Below are positions 19,662-29,806 of a stretch of DNA of 64,000 bases, in pieces. Numbering within the stretch: the first letter of the stretch is position 1; each line of letters opens with the position of its first letter. A program made the translations under genes and the position numbers. The notes under the pieces were generated by a model. That model worked only from the letters and a program-made list of their open reading frames with translations. It was not told the origin of the DNA and made no database searches. The stretch is taken from NCBI GenBank assembly GCA_963785725.1, contig CAWAWS010000007.1:416001-480000 (forward strand), in the 5' to 3' direction. The DNA is from an uncultured delta proteobacterium (lineage in GTDB: Bacteria > Myxococcota_A > Polyangia > Palsa-1104).

Positions 19662-20173
19662 GAGCTTCTTGTATCGCCGATGCAACGGCGTATGGTCAAA
19701 CCAATGGTGATGACGCCGCGCGTTGCATTCGTCGCGCCGATCGTTGCTGCGCCTGCCGCGGTCATTCGCGCGCGGAACGCGTTGTTCGCGTCGAGTGAAG
19801 GCGAGGAGGCTATGCGTGCTCCGTCGCGGCGAGCGCTCGTCTTCGCGCCGAGCGCGCGCCTTCCATTTGTAGCCGTCGCGCCGAGCGAAAGCGGAGGCCA
19901 GCCATGCGCGCGACCCGTGCTGAGCGAAGGATGTCGCGAGTGCGCGATGTGCCGAGCGCGCGATGTCGCGGGCGCGCGACGTGCCGAGCGCGGTCGTGCC
20001 GAGCGCTGGCCGTCGCCACGCGCGCCGTCGTGCCGCGCGCCGACCGTCGCCATGCCTCCACCGCCGTCGCCATGCCGCCGCCGCCGCCGCCGCCGCCGTC
20101 GCTGACGTACCCTCCGCCGCGCCCATCTCGCCGCCGCCGCCGCATTTGCCGAAAGCAGTGCTACAACGTCGGC

Positions 20174-22456
20174 GTGAACGGCCTAGAAGGACTCAACCCG
20201 GCGCAACGCGACGCCGTCCTCCACGATCGCGGCCCGCTCCTCATCCTCGCCGGCGCCGGCTCCGGCAAGACGCGCGTCATCACCTTTCGCATCGCCGAGC
20301 TCCTGCGGCGCGGCACCTGGCCCGAGCGCATCCTCGCCGTCACCTTCACCAACAAAGCCGCCGGCGAGCTGCGCGAACGCATCGAGAAGCTGACCGCCGG
20401 CCGCGCGCGCGGCATCTGGGCCGGCACCTTCCACGCCACCTGCGCGCGCCTCCTGCGCATGCACGCCGATCGCGTCGGCCTCGGGCGCGACTTCGTCATC
20501 TTCGACGACAACGACCAGCGCACCCTCGTCTCGCGCGTCTTGAAGGACCTCGGCATCGCCGATCGCTTCGCCACGCCGCGCGCCATGCTCTCGGCCATCG
20601 ACGGCGCCAAGAACCGCGGCGAAGGACCCGACGAACTACAAGGCCACGACTACTTCAGCGATCTCGTGGCGCGCGTCTATCCCGTCTATCAGCAGCGCCT
20701 CGAGCAGGCCAACGGCGTCGACTTCGGCGATCTGCTGCTCAAGTCGCTCAAGCTGTGCCGCGATCCGCAGGTCGGACCGAAGCTGGCCGACCGCTTCGAT
20801 CATGTGCTCGTCGACGAATTCCAGGATACCAATCGGGTCCAATACGACCTCGTGAACCACTTGTCGGGGCGGACGACGAACCTGTGCGTCGTCGGCGATG
20901 ACGATCAATCGATCTACAGCTGGCGCGGCGCCGACGTGCGCAACATCCTCGACTTCGAGCGCGACCATCCCGACGCGAAGACGGTCAAGCTGGAGCAGAA
21001 TTATCGCTCGACGCAGGTGATCCTCGACGCCGCCAACGCCGTCATCGCGCGCAACTTGGAGCGCAAGCAGAAGCGCCTCTTCACCGAGAAGTTGGGCGGC
21101 GAGCTGATTCGCTATCAAACGGCCGAGGATGAGCGCGCGGAGGCACAGTTCGTAGTACGAACCATTCAACGGCTGTGCATCGACGACGGCCGCGCGCCCG
21201 CCGATTTTGCCGTATTTTACCGCACGCACGCGCAGTCGCGCGCGCTCGAAGAGGCGCTGCTCGGCGCCGATCTGCCCTACGCCGTCATCGGCGGCATTCG
21301 CTTTTACGATCGCGCCGAGGTCAAGGATCTGCTGGCCTACTTGCGCGTCTTGGCCAATCCTGCCGACGAGGTCTCGCTCGAGCGCGTCATCAACAAGCCC
21401 ACGCGCGGCATCGGCGAGTCGACCTACGAGCGCGTCGTGGCGCGGGCGCGCGCCGAGTCGATCACGGTCTGGCAGGCCATGGAGTCGATCACGCGGACGG
21501 GCGACGTCGAGCTGTCGGCGGCGCCGCGCAAGAAGCTGGCCGGCTTCATCGACATGATGGACGACCTGCGCAACGAGTTCGTCAAGCATCCGGGCTCGCT
21601 GGGCGCGCTCGCCGACGCCGTGCTCGAGCGGACGCAATACCTCGAGCGGCTGGCCGCCGATGGGACGCACGAGTCGCAGGAGCGCATCGAGAACCTGCTC
21701 GAGCTCACGGGATCGATCAAAGATTACGAAGGCGAGACGTTCGCGCGCGACGGCGTGGCGCCGACGATTCACGATTACCTCGAGCAGGTGTCGCTGGTGG
21801 CGCCGTCGGATGCCGCGCAAAAAGGCGTGACGCTGATGACGGTGCATGCGGCCAAGGGCTTGGAGTTTCCGGTCGTGTTCGTGACCGGGCTCGAAGACGG
21901 CGTGTTTCCCTCGCTGCGCAACGGTGAAGATCAGGCGGCGCTGGAAGAGGAGCGGCGCCTGGCGTACGTCGCGATGACGCGCGCCGAGGAGCGGCTGTAC
22001 CTCACCAACGCGCGCGCGCGCCGGCTCTACGGTCAGGAGGCGCGGCCGTTTCGCGAGAGTCGCTTCTTGGCTGACGTTCCCGAAGCCTGCATCGAGCGGC
22101 CGGTCAATCAGCCGCGCTCGCGGCCGGCGTGGATGGAGCGCGGGCACGACGACGCCGTGGACGACGGCTTCGCCGGCGGGCAGAGCGGCCGGATCGGCGG
22201 CGGCGGCGCGGCGGCGAGCGCGCGCACGGTCGAACGCGACGGCGGCATCTCCGTCGAATACGACAGCGACGGCGGCAGCGGCGGCGAAGACGACGTCGAG
22301 GGCATCTTTCGCATGGGCCAGCGCGTGCGCCATCCGAAGTTCGGCGAAGGCGAGGTCCGCGGCTTCACCGGCTCGGGCGCCGACCTGAAATTGACCGTCT
22401 ATTTCCCGAAAGTGGGGCCGAAGACGATCGTCGCGCGCTTCGTGGAGCTCGCTTGA
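20174..22456 (+). CDS. UvrD/PcrA superfamily I DNA helicase
   Basis: AGAGSGKT, TFTNKAA, VDEFQD, VGDDDQSIY, QNYRST, MTVHAAKGLEF, YVAMTRA and a C-terminal VRHPKFGEG Tudor-like domain. Confidence 0.97.
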   Translation: MNGLEGLNPAQRDAVLHDRGPLLILAGAGSGKTRVITFRIAELLRRGTWPERILAVTFTNKAAGELRERIEKLTAGRARGIWAGTFHATCARLLRMHADRVGLGRDFVIFDDNDQRTLVSRVLKDLGIADRFATPRAMLSAIDGAKNRGEGPDELQGHDYFSDLVARVYPVYQQRLEQANGVDFGDLLLKSLKLCRDPQVGPKLADRFDHVLVDEFQDTNRVQYDLVNHLSGRTTNLCVVGDDDQSIYSWRGADVRNILDFERDHPDAKTVKLEQNYRSTQVILDAANAVIARNLERKQKRLFTEKLGGELIRYQTAEDERAEAQFVVRTIQRLCIDDGRAPADFAVFYRTHAQSRALEEALLGADLPYAVIGGIRFYDRAEVKDLLAYLRVLANPADEVSLERVINKPTRGIGESTYERVVARARAESITVWQAMESITRTGDVELSAAPRKKLAGFIDMMDDLRNEFVKHPGSLGALADAVLERTQYLERLAADGTHESQERIENLLELTGSIKDYEGETFARDGVAPTIHDYLEQVSLVAPSDAAQKGVTLMTVHAAKGLEFPVVFVTGLEDGVFPSLRNGEDQAALEEERRLAYVAMTRAEERLYLTNARARRLYGQEARPFRESRFLADVPEACIERPVNQPRSRPAWMERGHDDAVDDGFAGGQSGRIGGGGAAASARTVERDGGISVEYDSDGGSGGEDDVEGIFRMGQRVRHPKFGEGEVRGFTGSGADLKLTVYFPKVGPKTIVARFVELA

Positions 22457-23634
22457 GGAAGCGGCTGCGCGCGCTGTGGCAGACGCTTTTGCACGAGCAT
22501 ACGGCGCCGATTCGGCTGGCGGCGGCGGTGCTCGTCGGCTGCATCGTCGGCTGCACGCCGCTGTTCGGCTTTCACATTCTGCTCTGTCTGGCGCTGGCGT
22601 TCGTGCTGCGGCTGAACAAGCTCGTCGTCTATGGCGCGGCCAATTTGTCGATTCCGCCGCTGGTGCCGTTCATCGGCTTCGCGTCGGTGCAGCTGGGTGA
22701 GCGCGCGCTGCATGGTCGCTGGCTGGCGCTTACGCGGCACGATTTTCGGCTCGATCAGGTGCGGCAGCTGGCGCGGCTCTTCTTCGTCGACTGGATGATC
22801 GGCGGCGCCATCTTGGGCACGACTATCGGTCTCGTCGCCGGCGCCATCACGTTCGCGATCTTGCGCGCGCGGCGACGTTCGGCCGACGCGCCCGGCCCGG
22901 CGGCGACGGCCGAAGACGGTGGCGTGACCGACGGCGCGGTCGCGATCGCCGGCGCCGGCCTGGTCGCCGCCGATGCCACGGACGATGGGCTGACGGCCGC
23001 CATCGAGCGCGCGCGCGACCGTTACGATGGGCTGCATCCGCGCTTCAAGTGGTACGCGCGCATGAAGTACGTGATGGATCCGGCCTATCGCGCCATCGTC
23101 GCGCGCGTGCCGGCCGGCGCCTTCGCCGTCGATCTCGGCAGCGGCCTCGGCATGCTCCCCGTGCTGCTCGGCGTCGTCGGCGGCGAGCGGCGCGCGCTCG
23201 GCGTCGAATGGGACGCCGCCAAAGTCGCCTGCGGCGTCCACGCGGCGCGCGGCCTGACCGGCGTCGACGTCGTCGCCGGCGACGCGCGCAGCTTCGCCAT
23301 CCCGCCCTGCGACGTGGTCACGCTCGTCGACATGCTCCACTATTGGGACGTCGACACGCAGCGCGCGCTCTTGGCCCGCTGCCGCGCCGCGCTCCGCCCC
23401 GGCGGCCGCCTGCTCGTCCGCGAAGGCGATCGCGCCAGGCGCGGCGGCGCCCGCTTCACGCGCGTCGTCGAGCGCGTCGTCACGCGGCTCGGCTGGAACC
23501 GCGGACCGGCCGTGCACTTCCGCGCCGTCGCCGACCTGCGCGCCGACTTGGAGGCGCTCGGCTTCACCGTCACCGTCGACGAAGTCGCCGCCCGCACGCA
23601 CCCCGGCAACGTCCTCATCGTCTGCCAAGCCTGA
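22453..23634 (+). CDS. DUF2062-like membrane domain fused to a class I SAM methyltransferase
   Basis: TTG overlaps the helicase stop. VGCIVGCTPLFGFH...LNK, then VDLGSGLG, DMLHY, LRPGGRLL. Confidence 0.85.
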   Translation: MRKRLRALWQTLLHEHTAPIRLAAAVLVGCIVGCTPLFGFHILLCLALAFVLRLNKLVVYGAANLSIPPLVPFIGFASVQLGERALHGRWLALTRHDFRLDQVRQLARLFFVDWMIGGAILGTTIGLVAGAITFAILRARRRSADAPGPAATAEDGGVTDGAVAIAGAGLVAADATDDGLTAAIERARDRYDGLHPRFKWYARMKYVMDPAYRAIVARVPAGAFAVDLGSGLGMLPVLLGVVGGERRALGVEWDAAKVACGVHAARGLTGVDVVAGDARSFAIPPCDVVTLVDMLHYWDVDTQRALLARCRAALRPGGRLLVREGDRARRGGARFTRVVERVVTRLGWNRGPAVHFRAVADLRADLEALGFTVTVDEVAARTHPGNVLIVCQA

Positions 23635-23654
23635 CCTCGCGGCACTTCTCGCGC

Positions 23655-23690
23655 TTGGGGGCGAACGTCGGCGCTGCGAGACCGAGCCCG
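23655..23690 (-). repeat. dispersed repeat, copy 2 (inverted relative to 3421-3456)
   Basis: 36-bp identity with copy 1; flanks also similar. Confidence 0.9.
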
Positions 23691-23999
23691 AAATAAACCT
23701 CCCACACCGTTGCGCGCTCAACCGATGTCCGGCCCGACGGAGCTCCAGCTCGCGCGCGCACCGCGCGCCCGCGAGCTTCCGCCGCCGGCGCAACCCGCAC
23801 GACCGATCGTCCACCGCCCGAAGCGCACGCCGCAAACCGAACGGCGGCCCACCGCCCGTCACCGCTCGGCGACCGCGAACGGCCGTCGCACCCGGCGCGG
23901 CGCCGCGAACAGCCGTCCCCCTCGCCTCACCGCGCCCCGAACGACGGCCGCGCCAGTCGCCGCGCCCGCGACCCCCCGCCGCATGCGCACCCGCGCCCC

Positions 24000-24175
24000 A
24001 GCCGCCGACCGGCGACCCCCCGCCGCCAATGCTCGACCGGCAGCCGCCCGCGCCCGTCGCCGACCGGCGACCCCCCGCCGCATGCCCGACCGGCAGCCGC
24101 CCGCGCCCGTCGCCGACCGGCGACCGCCCGTCGCATGCCCGACCGGCAGCCGCCCGCGCCCGTCGCCGACCGGCC
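24000..24175. repeat. 53-bp tandem repeat (~3 copies)
   Basis: GACCGGCAGCCGCCCGCGCCCGTCGCCGACCGGC at 24035, 24088 and 24141. Confidence 0.88.
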
Positions 24176-24687
24176 TACGGCCGCCGCAACAGCGGCGCCG
24201 GATCCACCGCCCAGAACGCATGCAACGCCGGGTAAACCCCGAAGTGCAGATGCGGCGGCGTCCCGCGCGCATTGCCCGTCGTGCCCACCTGCCCCAGCAC
24301 GTCGCCGCCGTCGACCCGCTCGCCGACGCGCAGTCCCGGCCGAAACGCCTGCAAATGCGCATAATAATAAAGCCGCGCGCCGCCGCCCGCGACCCACACG
24401 ACGTTGCCGCCGAGCCGATCCTGCCCGATCCTCACGACCTCGCCGCCGCACGCCGCCACGACGGGCGTGCCGCGCTTGGCGAAGATGTCGATCCCCTGAT
24501 GCCGCCGATGCTCCGAGCGCGGCTCGCCGAACGAGCTGCGCAGCGACGCGCGCGCCACGCCGGCGACCGGCACCTGCAGCGACACCGGCGCCACGTTGCG
24601 CGCCAGCGCCCACGCCGTCCGATGCGTCACGATCAACCCCAACGCGCCGACGAACGCCGCGACCACGAGCCCGCGTTTCCACCGCAT
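24175..24687 (-). CDS. M23 family metallopeptidase
   Basis: HQGIDIFA, YYYAHL, PHLHFG and an N-terminal signal/TM segment. Confidence 0.93.
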   Translation of the reverse strand: MRWKRGLVVAAFVGALGLIVTHRTAWALARNVAPVSLQVPVAGVARASLRSSFGEPRSEHRRHQGIDIFAKRGTPVVAACGGEVVRIGQDRLGGNVVWVAGGGARLYYYAHLQAFRPGLRVGERVDGGDVLGQVGTTGNARGTPPHLHFGVYPALHAFWAVDPAPLLRRP

Positions 24688-24781
24688 GTTGTTGTTACGT
24701 CAGCTGCGCCGCCCGAGCTTCCCGCGGCCCAAACGGCGAGACTTCGCGGCCGAAGACGTAAAACGGCCGCGGCAAACGGGC

Positions 24782-26044
24782 CTAATCCGGCTGCGCCACC
24801 GTCGTCACGACGAGATCGGCCTCTTGCCGCCCGCGCTGGACATGCAGCGTGATCTTGCGCCCCACGCCCGCGTTCGCCGACAGCCAACGCAGCCGCTCGG
24901 CATCGTCGACGACGACGCCGTCGAACTTCGCGATGACGTCGCCGCGCCGAATGCCCACCTTCGCCGCCGGCGAGCCCGAGACCACGGTGCCGACGAGCGC
25001 GCCCGTCGGCAGCACGATGCCGGCGCGCCGCGAATCGGCGGCATCGATCGGTCGAATGCCGATCCACGACCGCTGCACCTTGCCGAACTTCTTGAAGTCC
25101 GCGACCACCGACTTCGCCATGTCGATCGGCACCGCGAACGCCAAACCTTGCGCGCGCGCGTTGATGGCGGTGTTGATGCCGACGACGTTGCCGTGCATGT
25201 CGTAGAGCGGTCCGCCCGAGTTGCCGGGGTTGATGGCGGCGTCGGTCTGAATGAAGTCCCAATAGCCGTTGTTCATGCCGCCGAGATCGTCGCCGCGCCG
25301 GCCTTTGGCGCTGACGATGCCCGCCGTCACCGTCGACGACAGGCCGTAGGGCTCGCCGATGGCCACGACCCACTCGCCGACCTCGAGCTTGTTGCTGTCG
25401 CCCAATTCCGCCGGCACCAGATCTTTGGCGTCGATGTGCAAGAGCGCCACTTCCGTCTGCGGATCGCGGGCGACGACGCGCGCCTTGAACTGCCGCTTGT
25501 CGCTGAGCAAGACGACGATCTCGTCGGCGACGCGGCCGCCCAACTCCTCGGGCGCGACCACGTGATTGTTGGTGATGATGTCGCCGTCGCTGCTGATGAT
25601 GAAGCCGGTGCCGAGCGACTGCGCGCGCTCGTCGGGCGGCTGCACGAGCCGATAGAACGGCGAGTCCTCGCCGAACGGGAACACCGCCACCGGCCGCTGC
25701 TTGATGAGCGCGGTCGTGTGAATGTTCACCACCGACGGCATCGCCCGCTTGACCAGCTCGACGAACGACGTCGGCGCGCCCGCCACCGGCACGACCGGCT
25801 GTCCCGCCCGCGCCGGATAGACCGCCTGCCCGGGTGTCGCCACCGTCGGTGGCGCGGTCGTCGCTTCCAGCTTCTGGTCCGGCTTGCCGTCCGCCTTGGC
25901 GACGGCGAATCCGGCTTGATGCCCGTCGACGCCGACGTGCTCCGATTGCGCGTGCGACAGACGCCCGCGATCGATCAAGGCCATCGCGATGAGCGACCCG
26001 ATCCCGGCCGCGGCGACGAGGCTAACGCTTTTTCGCATCCACAT
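24782..26044 (-). CDS. HtrA/DegP-like serine protease with one PDZ domain
   Basis: SLGTGFI, TNNHV, IQTDAAINPGNSGGPL, C-terminal PDZ. Confidence 0.96.
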   Translation of the reverse strand: MWMRKSVSLVAAAGIGSLIAMALIDRGRLSHAQSEHVGVDGHQAGFAVAKADGKPDQKLEATTAPPTVATPGQAVYPARAGQPVVPVAGAPTSFVELVKRAMPSVVNIHTTALIKQRPVAVFPFGEDSPFYRLVQPPDERAQSLGTGFIISSDGDIITNNHVVAPEELGGRVADEIVVLLSDKRQFKARVVARDPQTEVALLHIDAKDLVPAELGDSNKLEVGEWVVAIGEPYGLSSTVTAGIVSAKGRRGDDLGGMNNGYWDFIQTDAAINPGNSGGPLYDMHGNVVGINTAINARAQGLAFAVPIDMAKSVVADFKKFGKVQRSWIGIRPIDAADSRRAGIVLPTGALVGTVVSGSPAAKVGIRRGDVIAKFDGVVVDDAERLRWLSANAGVGRKITLHVQRGRQEADLVVTTVAQPD

Positions 26045-26318
26045 ACTTCATCCGTAAATCGTAGAGGAGGTTTTCGATCAGCTGCGCTTCCTCTTGCGAA
26101 AGGTTGCCACGCGTCTTGTCACGCAGCATGCCCAGGATGTCGATCGTCTGCTTGGCCAGCGGCAAATTCCGCTGTCCGGCGCCCGCTTCCGGATGCGCGA
26201 GCTCGCCGAGATGCACCAGCACCGACGACGCCAACGACATCACGAACATGCCGAAGTCGAGCTCCGGCTCTTCGGTTTGCTCTGCCTGCTGCGGATCTTG
26301 CGGCTGCTCGTCGCTCAT
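26022..26318 (-). CDS. DUF1844 family protein
   Basis: FVMSLASS...LG...AKQTIDILGMLRDKTRGNL...LLYDLRMKYV. Confidence 0.88.
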   Translation of the reverse strand: MSDEQPQDPQQAEQTEEPELDFGMFVMSLASSVLVHLGELAHPEAGAGQRNLPLAKQTIDILGMLRDKTRGNLSQEEAQLIENLLYDLRMKYVDAKKR

Positions 26319-26713
26319 GTGTCCGACCTCGGGATCTCGACGGTGAGCACGCCTGCTTCCAGGCGCACGCGGCGGCGCGCGGCGTCGGCCCCGCTGGGAA
26401 GCTCGACCGCGCACTGGAATTCGCCGTAGCTGCGTTCGAGTCGGTGATAGGCCGCGCCTTCGCCGCGAAAATGGCGCGCGCCGCGCACGGTGAGCGCGCG
26501 GCCGTCGGCCTCGACGGAGACGTCGGCGTTCTCGACGCCCGGCAATTCGACGGTGACGACGATTTCGTCGTCGGTGGCGTAGACATCGGTGGCGGGCGCA
26601 AAAGGGTGCTCGATCGCGGTCGCTACACGCGCGCCGCGTTCGTCGAACAGACGATTCATGCGCTCGCGCAGTAGCGCCAGGGCACGCGTACCGTCCCAGT
26701 CGTTGACGCCCAT
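26315..26713 (-). CDS. Hsp20/alpha-crystallin family protein
   Basis: PATDVYAT, VELPGV, ERSYGEF, GVLTVEIP. Confidence 0.93.
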   Translation of the reverse strand: MGVNDWDGTRALALLRERMNRLFDERGARVATAIEHPFAPATDVYATDDEIVVTVELPGVENADVSVEADGRALTVRGARHFRGEGAAYHRLERSYGEFQCAVELPSGADAARRRVRLEAGVLTVEIPRSDT

Positions 26714-26746
26714 CGCCGGCAGTCTACGACGTCGACGCCGCTTCCG

Positions 26747-26977
26747 CTACTCGTGCGCGGCGCCGTTGGCGCCTGGGTCTTCCTCGTCGTCCTCATCGTC
26801 CAGGTCGTCGTCATCGTCGTCGACGGCCGAGAGGTCGATCGGCGCCTGCTTTCCAGCGGCGTCGGCAATGGTCTTGAGATGCTTCTCAAGGTCCTTCTTG
26901 GTAATCTGCCCCTTGCGAAAGCGGCGCTCCAGGGTTCGGACGTCCCAGAATCGCGGGTCATCCCGTTGAATAGTCAT
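26747..26977 (-). CDS. small hypothetical protein with basic core and acidic tail
   Basis: DVRTLERRFRKGQIT...HLKTIAD followed by a poly-D/E tail; host-like codons. Confidence 0.75.
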   Translation of the reverse strand: MTIQRDDPRFWDVRTLERRFRKGQITKKDLEKHLKTIADAAGKQAPIDLSAVDDDDDDLDDEDDEEDPGANGAAHE

Positions 26978-27231
26978 GGCGGGGCGTTAGTAGCAACGAC
27001 GGCGCGCGGTGTCAATTGCCGCAGCTTTCGTGACAGTCAGCGCCGGCCGCGTCGGTCGGGCGGAATCCGCCGTTTTCGCGGCCGCTGCCGTCGCTGCCGA
27101 TGTCTGACACACGCTAGCGCCATGCAACGAGCCCGCTCCGGCCGCATGCGGCACAAATGCGCACAAGCGACGACCGTCCGCCTCGTTCGCGGCGTGATAC
27201 CATCTATCGGTCGTCTATTTGGAGTTGTCCC

Positions 27232-27849
27232 ATGCGTAGCTTATTCGGCCTTTTGATCGCGATTTCTTCCCTCGTGTCGACCGGCTGCACGCGGGCGAAC
27301 CCCGATGCGTTCAACCTACCGCAGCAAGATCTGCTCTCGCCCGGCGGCACCGGTGGCAATGGCGGCGGATCTTCGGGCGGCGGCGTGGCCGGCGGCGGCG
27401 GCGTGGCCGGCGGCGGCGGCGTCATCGCCGGCGAGGATCTCGCCGTCACCCACGATCTCGAGGTCGAGTCGCACGACATGGCCGAGACGACGTCGGGCAT
27501 CCGCTGCGGCACGACGATCTGCAGCGCCTCGTCGAAGGACTCGTGTTGCATCACGGCCACGAGCCAGATGTGCATCGACATCAACATGACCTGCGGCACC
27601 GGCGGCGTCGTCTTCGCCTGCGACGGCCCCGAAGACTGCACCAACGCCGCGCCCGGCGACACCACGTGCTGCGGCTCGGCCGGCGCCACGACGACCGGCA
27701 AAGGCTCGACCTGCGGCAGCGCCCTCAATCCCGCCTGCGTGCCGCTGTGCCACACGCTGGACGACTGCGGCAACCTCACCGGTTACGTCGGCTGCTGCGC
27801 CGTCGCCAACACGCCTTACAGCCGCTGCAGCCGCACCGCCTGCAAATAG
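27232..27849 (+). CDS. Cys-rich lipoprotein with Gly-rich linker
   Basis: Lipobox STGC, Gly-rich spacer and many Cys including CC pairs (CDGPEDC). Confidence 0.8.
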   Translation: MRSLFGLLIAISSLVSTGCTRANPDAFNLPQQDLLSPGGTGGNGGGSSGGGVAGGGGVAGGGGVIAGEDLAVTHDLEVESHDMAETTSGIRCGTTICSASSKDSCCITATSQMCIDINMTCGTGGVVFACDGPEDCTNAAPGDTTCCGSAGATTTGKGSTCGSALNPACVPLCHTLDDCGNLTGYVGCCAVANTPYSRCSRTACK

Positions 27850-27915
27850 CGCACGTTCGAACCCGGCGGCGGCGGTTGGGCGACTCGCCCAAGCTGTGCT
27901 ACCTCTTTGGGCCAC

Positions 27916-28911
<996 letters not shown>

Positions 28912-28915
28912 AAAC

Positions 28916-29806
28916 ATGCTTCCGCGCGAGCTGATCAAGAAGATCCGCCGAATCGAAATCGTGACTGCGCGGCAGGCGCAGAATCAATTGGCGGGCGCTT
29001 ATCATTCGGTCTTCAAAGGGCTTGGTATGGCCTTTTCCGAAGTGCGCCAATATCAGCCGGGCGACGACGTTCGCCTTATCGACTGGAATGTCACGGCGCG
29101 TATCGGCGAGGCTTACGTCAAGCTGTTCGTCGAAGAGCGCGAGATGACGGTCATGCTGCTCGTCGACGCCTCGGGCTCGGGCGCGTTCGGCTCGCGCGAG
29201 CAGCCCAAGCGCGAAGTCGCCGCCGAAATCGCCGCGTTATTGGCATTCTCGGCGATCAAAAACAATGACCGCATCGGCCTCATCATCTTCACCGATCAAG
29301 TCGAGAAATTCGTACCGCCGAAAAAGGGAAAGAAACACGTTTTGGCGTTGATCACGGAGATTTTGACGTTTCAACCGAAGTCGAAACGAACCGATTTGCG
29401 CGTTGGTTTGGAGTTCCTCGGCAAGGTGGCGCGGCGTCGCTCGGTGGCGTTTCTCGTGAGCGACTTCATTGTCGACGGCGGCGCGCTCAAGTACGAGAAA
29501 GCGATGCGCATCGCCAAGCGTAAGCACGACTTGGTGCCGGTAACGATTACCGATCCGATGGAAGAGGAATTACCGGACGTCGGATATGTTTATTTCGAAG
29601 ACGTGGAGACGGGCGAAGTGGTCGCGTTCGATACCAGCGGACCGGGTCGCGCGCGTTATTCCAAAGCGGTCCGTAAACAGCGCGAAGAGCGCGATCAGCT
29701 ATTCAAGCGGCATTCGATGGACTTCGTGAACGTGCGCACCGATCAACCTTACGTGGCCGCGCTCGTGGCGTTCTTCCGCGCGCGCGAGCGGAGAATGCGT
29801 CACTGA
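28916..29806 (+). CDS. DUF58 domain protein
   Basis: FSEVRQYQPGDDVRLIDWNVTAR, DASGS, LVSDF. Confidence 0.95.
   Translation: MLPRELIKKIRRIEIVTARQAQNQLAGAYHSVFKGLGMAFSEVRQYQPGDDVRLIDWNVTARIGEAYVKLFVEEREMTVMLLVDASGSGAFGSREQPKREVAAEIAALLAFSAIKNNDRIGLIIFTDQVEKFVPPKKGKKHVLALITEILTFQPKSKRTDLRVGLEFLGKVARRRSVAFLVSDFIVDGGALKYEKAMRIAKRKHDLVPVTITDPMEEELPDVGYVYFEDVETGEVVAFDTSGPGRARYSKAVRKQREERDQLFKRHSMDFVNVRTDQPYVAALVAFFRARERRMRH

Larger units (their letters stand above)
5119..19703. promoter_or_regulatory. cluster of 30 palindromic TGGT-N3-ACCA sites (candidate protein-binding or centromere-like array)
   Basis: Core starts at 5119, 5811, 5933, 5954, 6156, 6833, 7834, 8119, 8302, 8893, 9908, 9929, 10238, 10259, 11238, 11698, 12605, 13738, 13759, 14606, 14627, 14648, 16061, 16377, 16398, 17464, 17927, 18551, 18690, 19693. 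The sites are seen directly; the function is inferred. Confidence 0.8.

Noticed and set aside
5119..19703. Reading the palindromes as canonical parS, dif or simple terminators
   Set aside because: The sequence does not match TGTTTCACGTGAAACA or dif. Most arms are short, AT-rich, inside ORFs and lack U-tracts.
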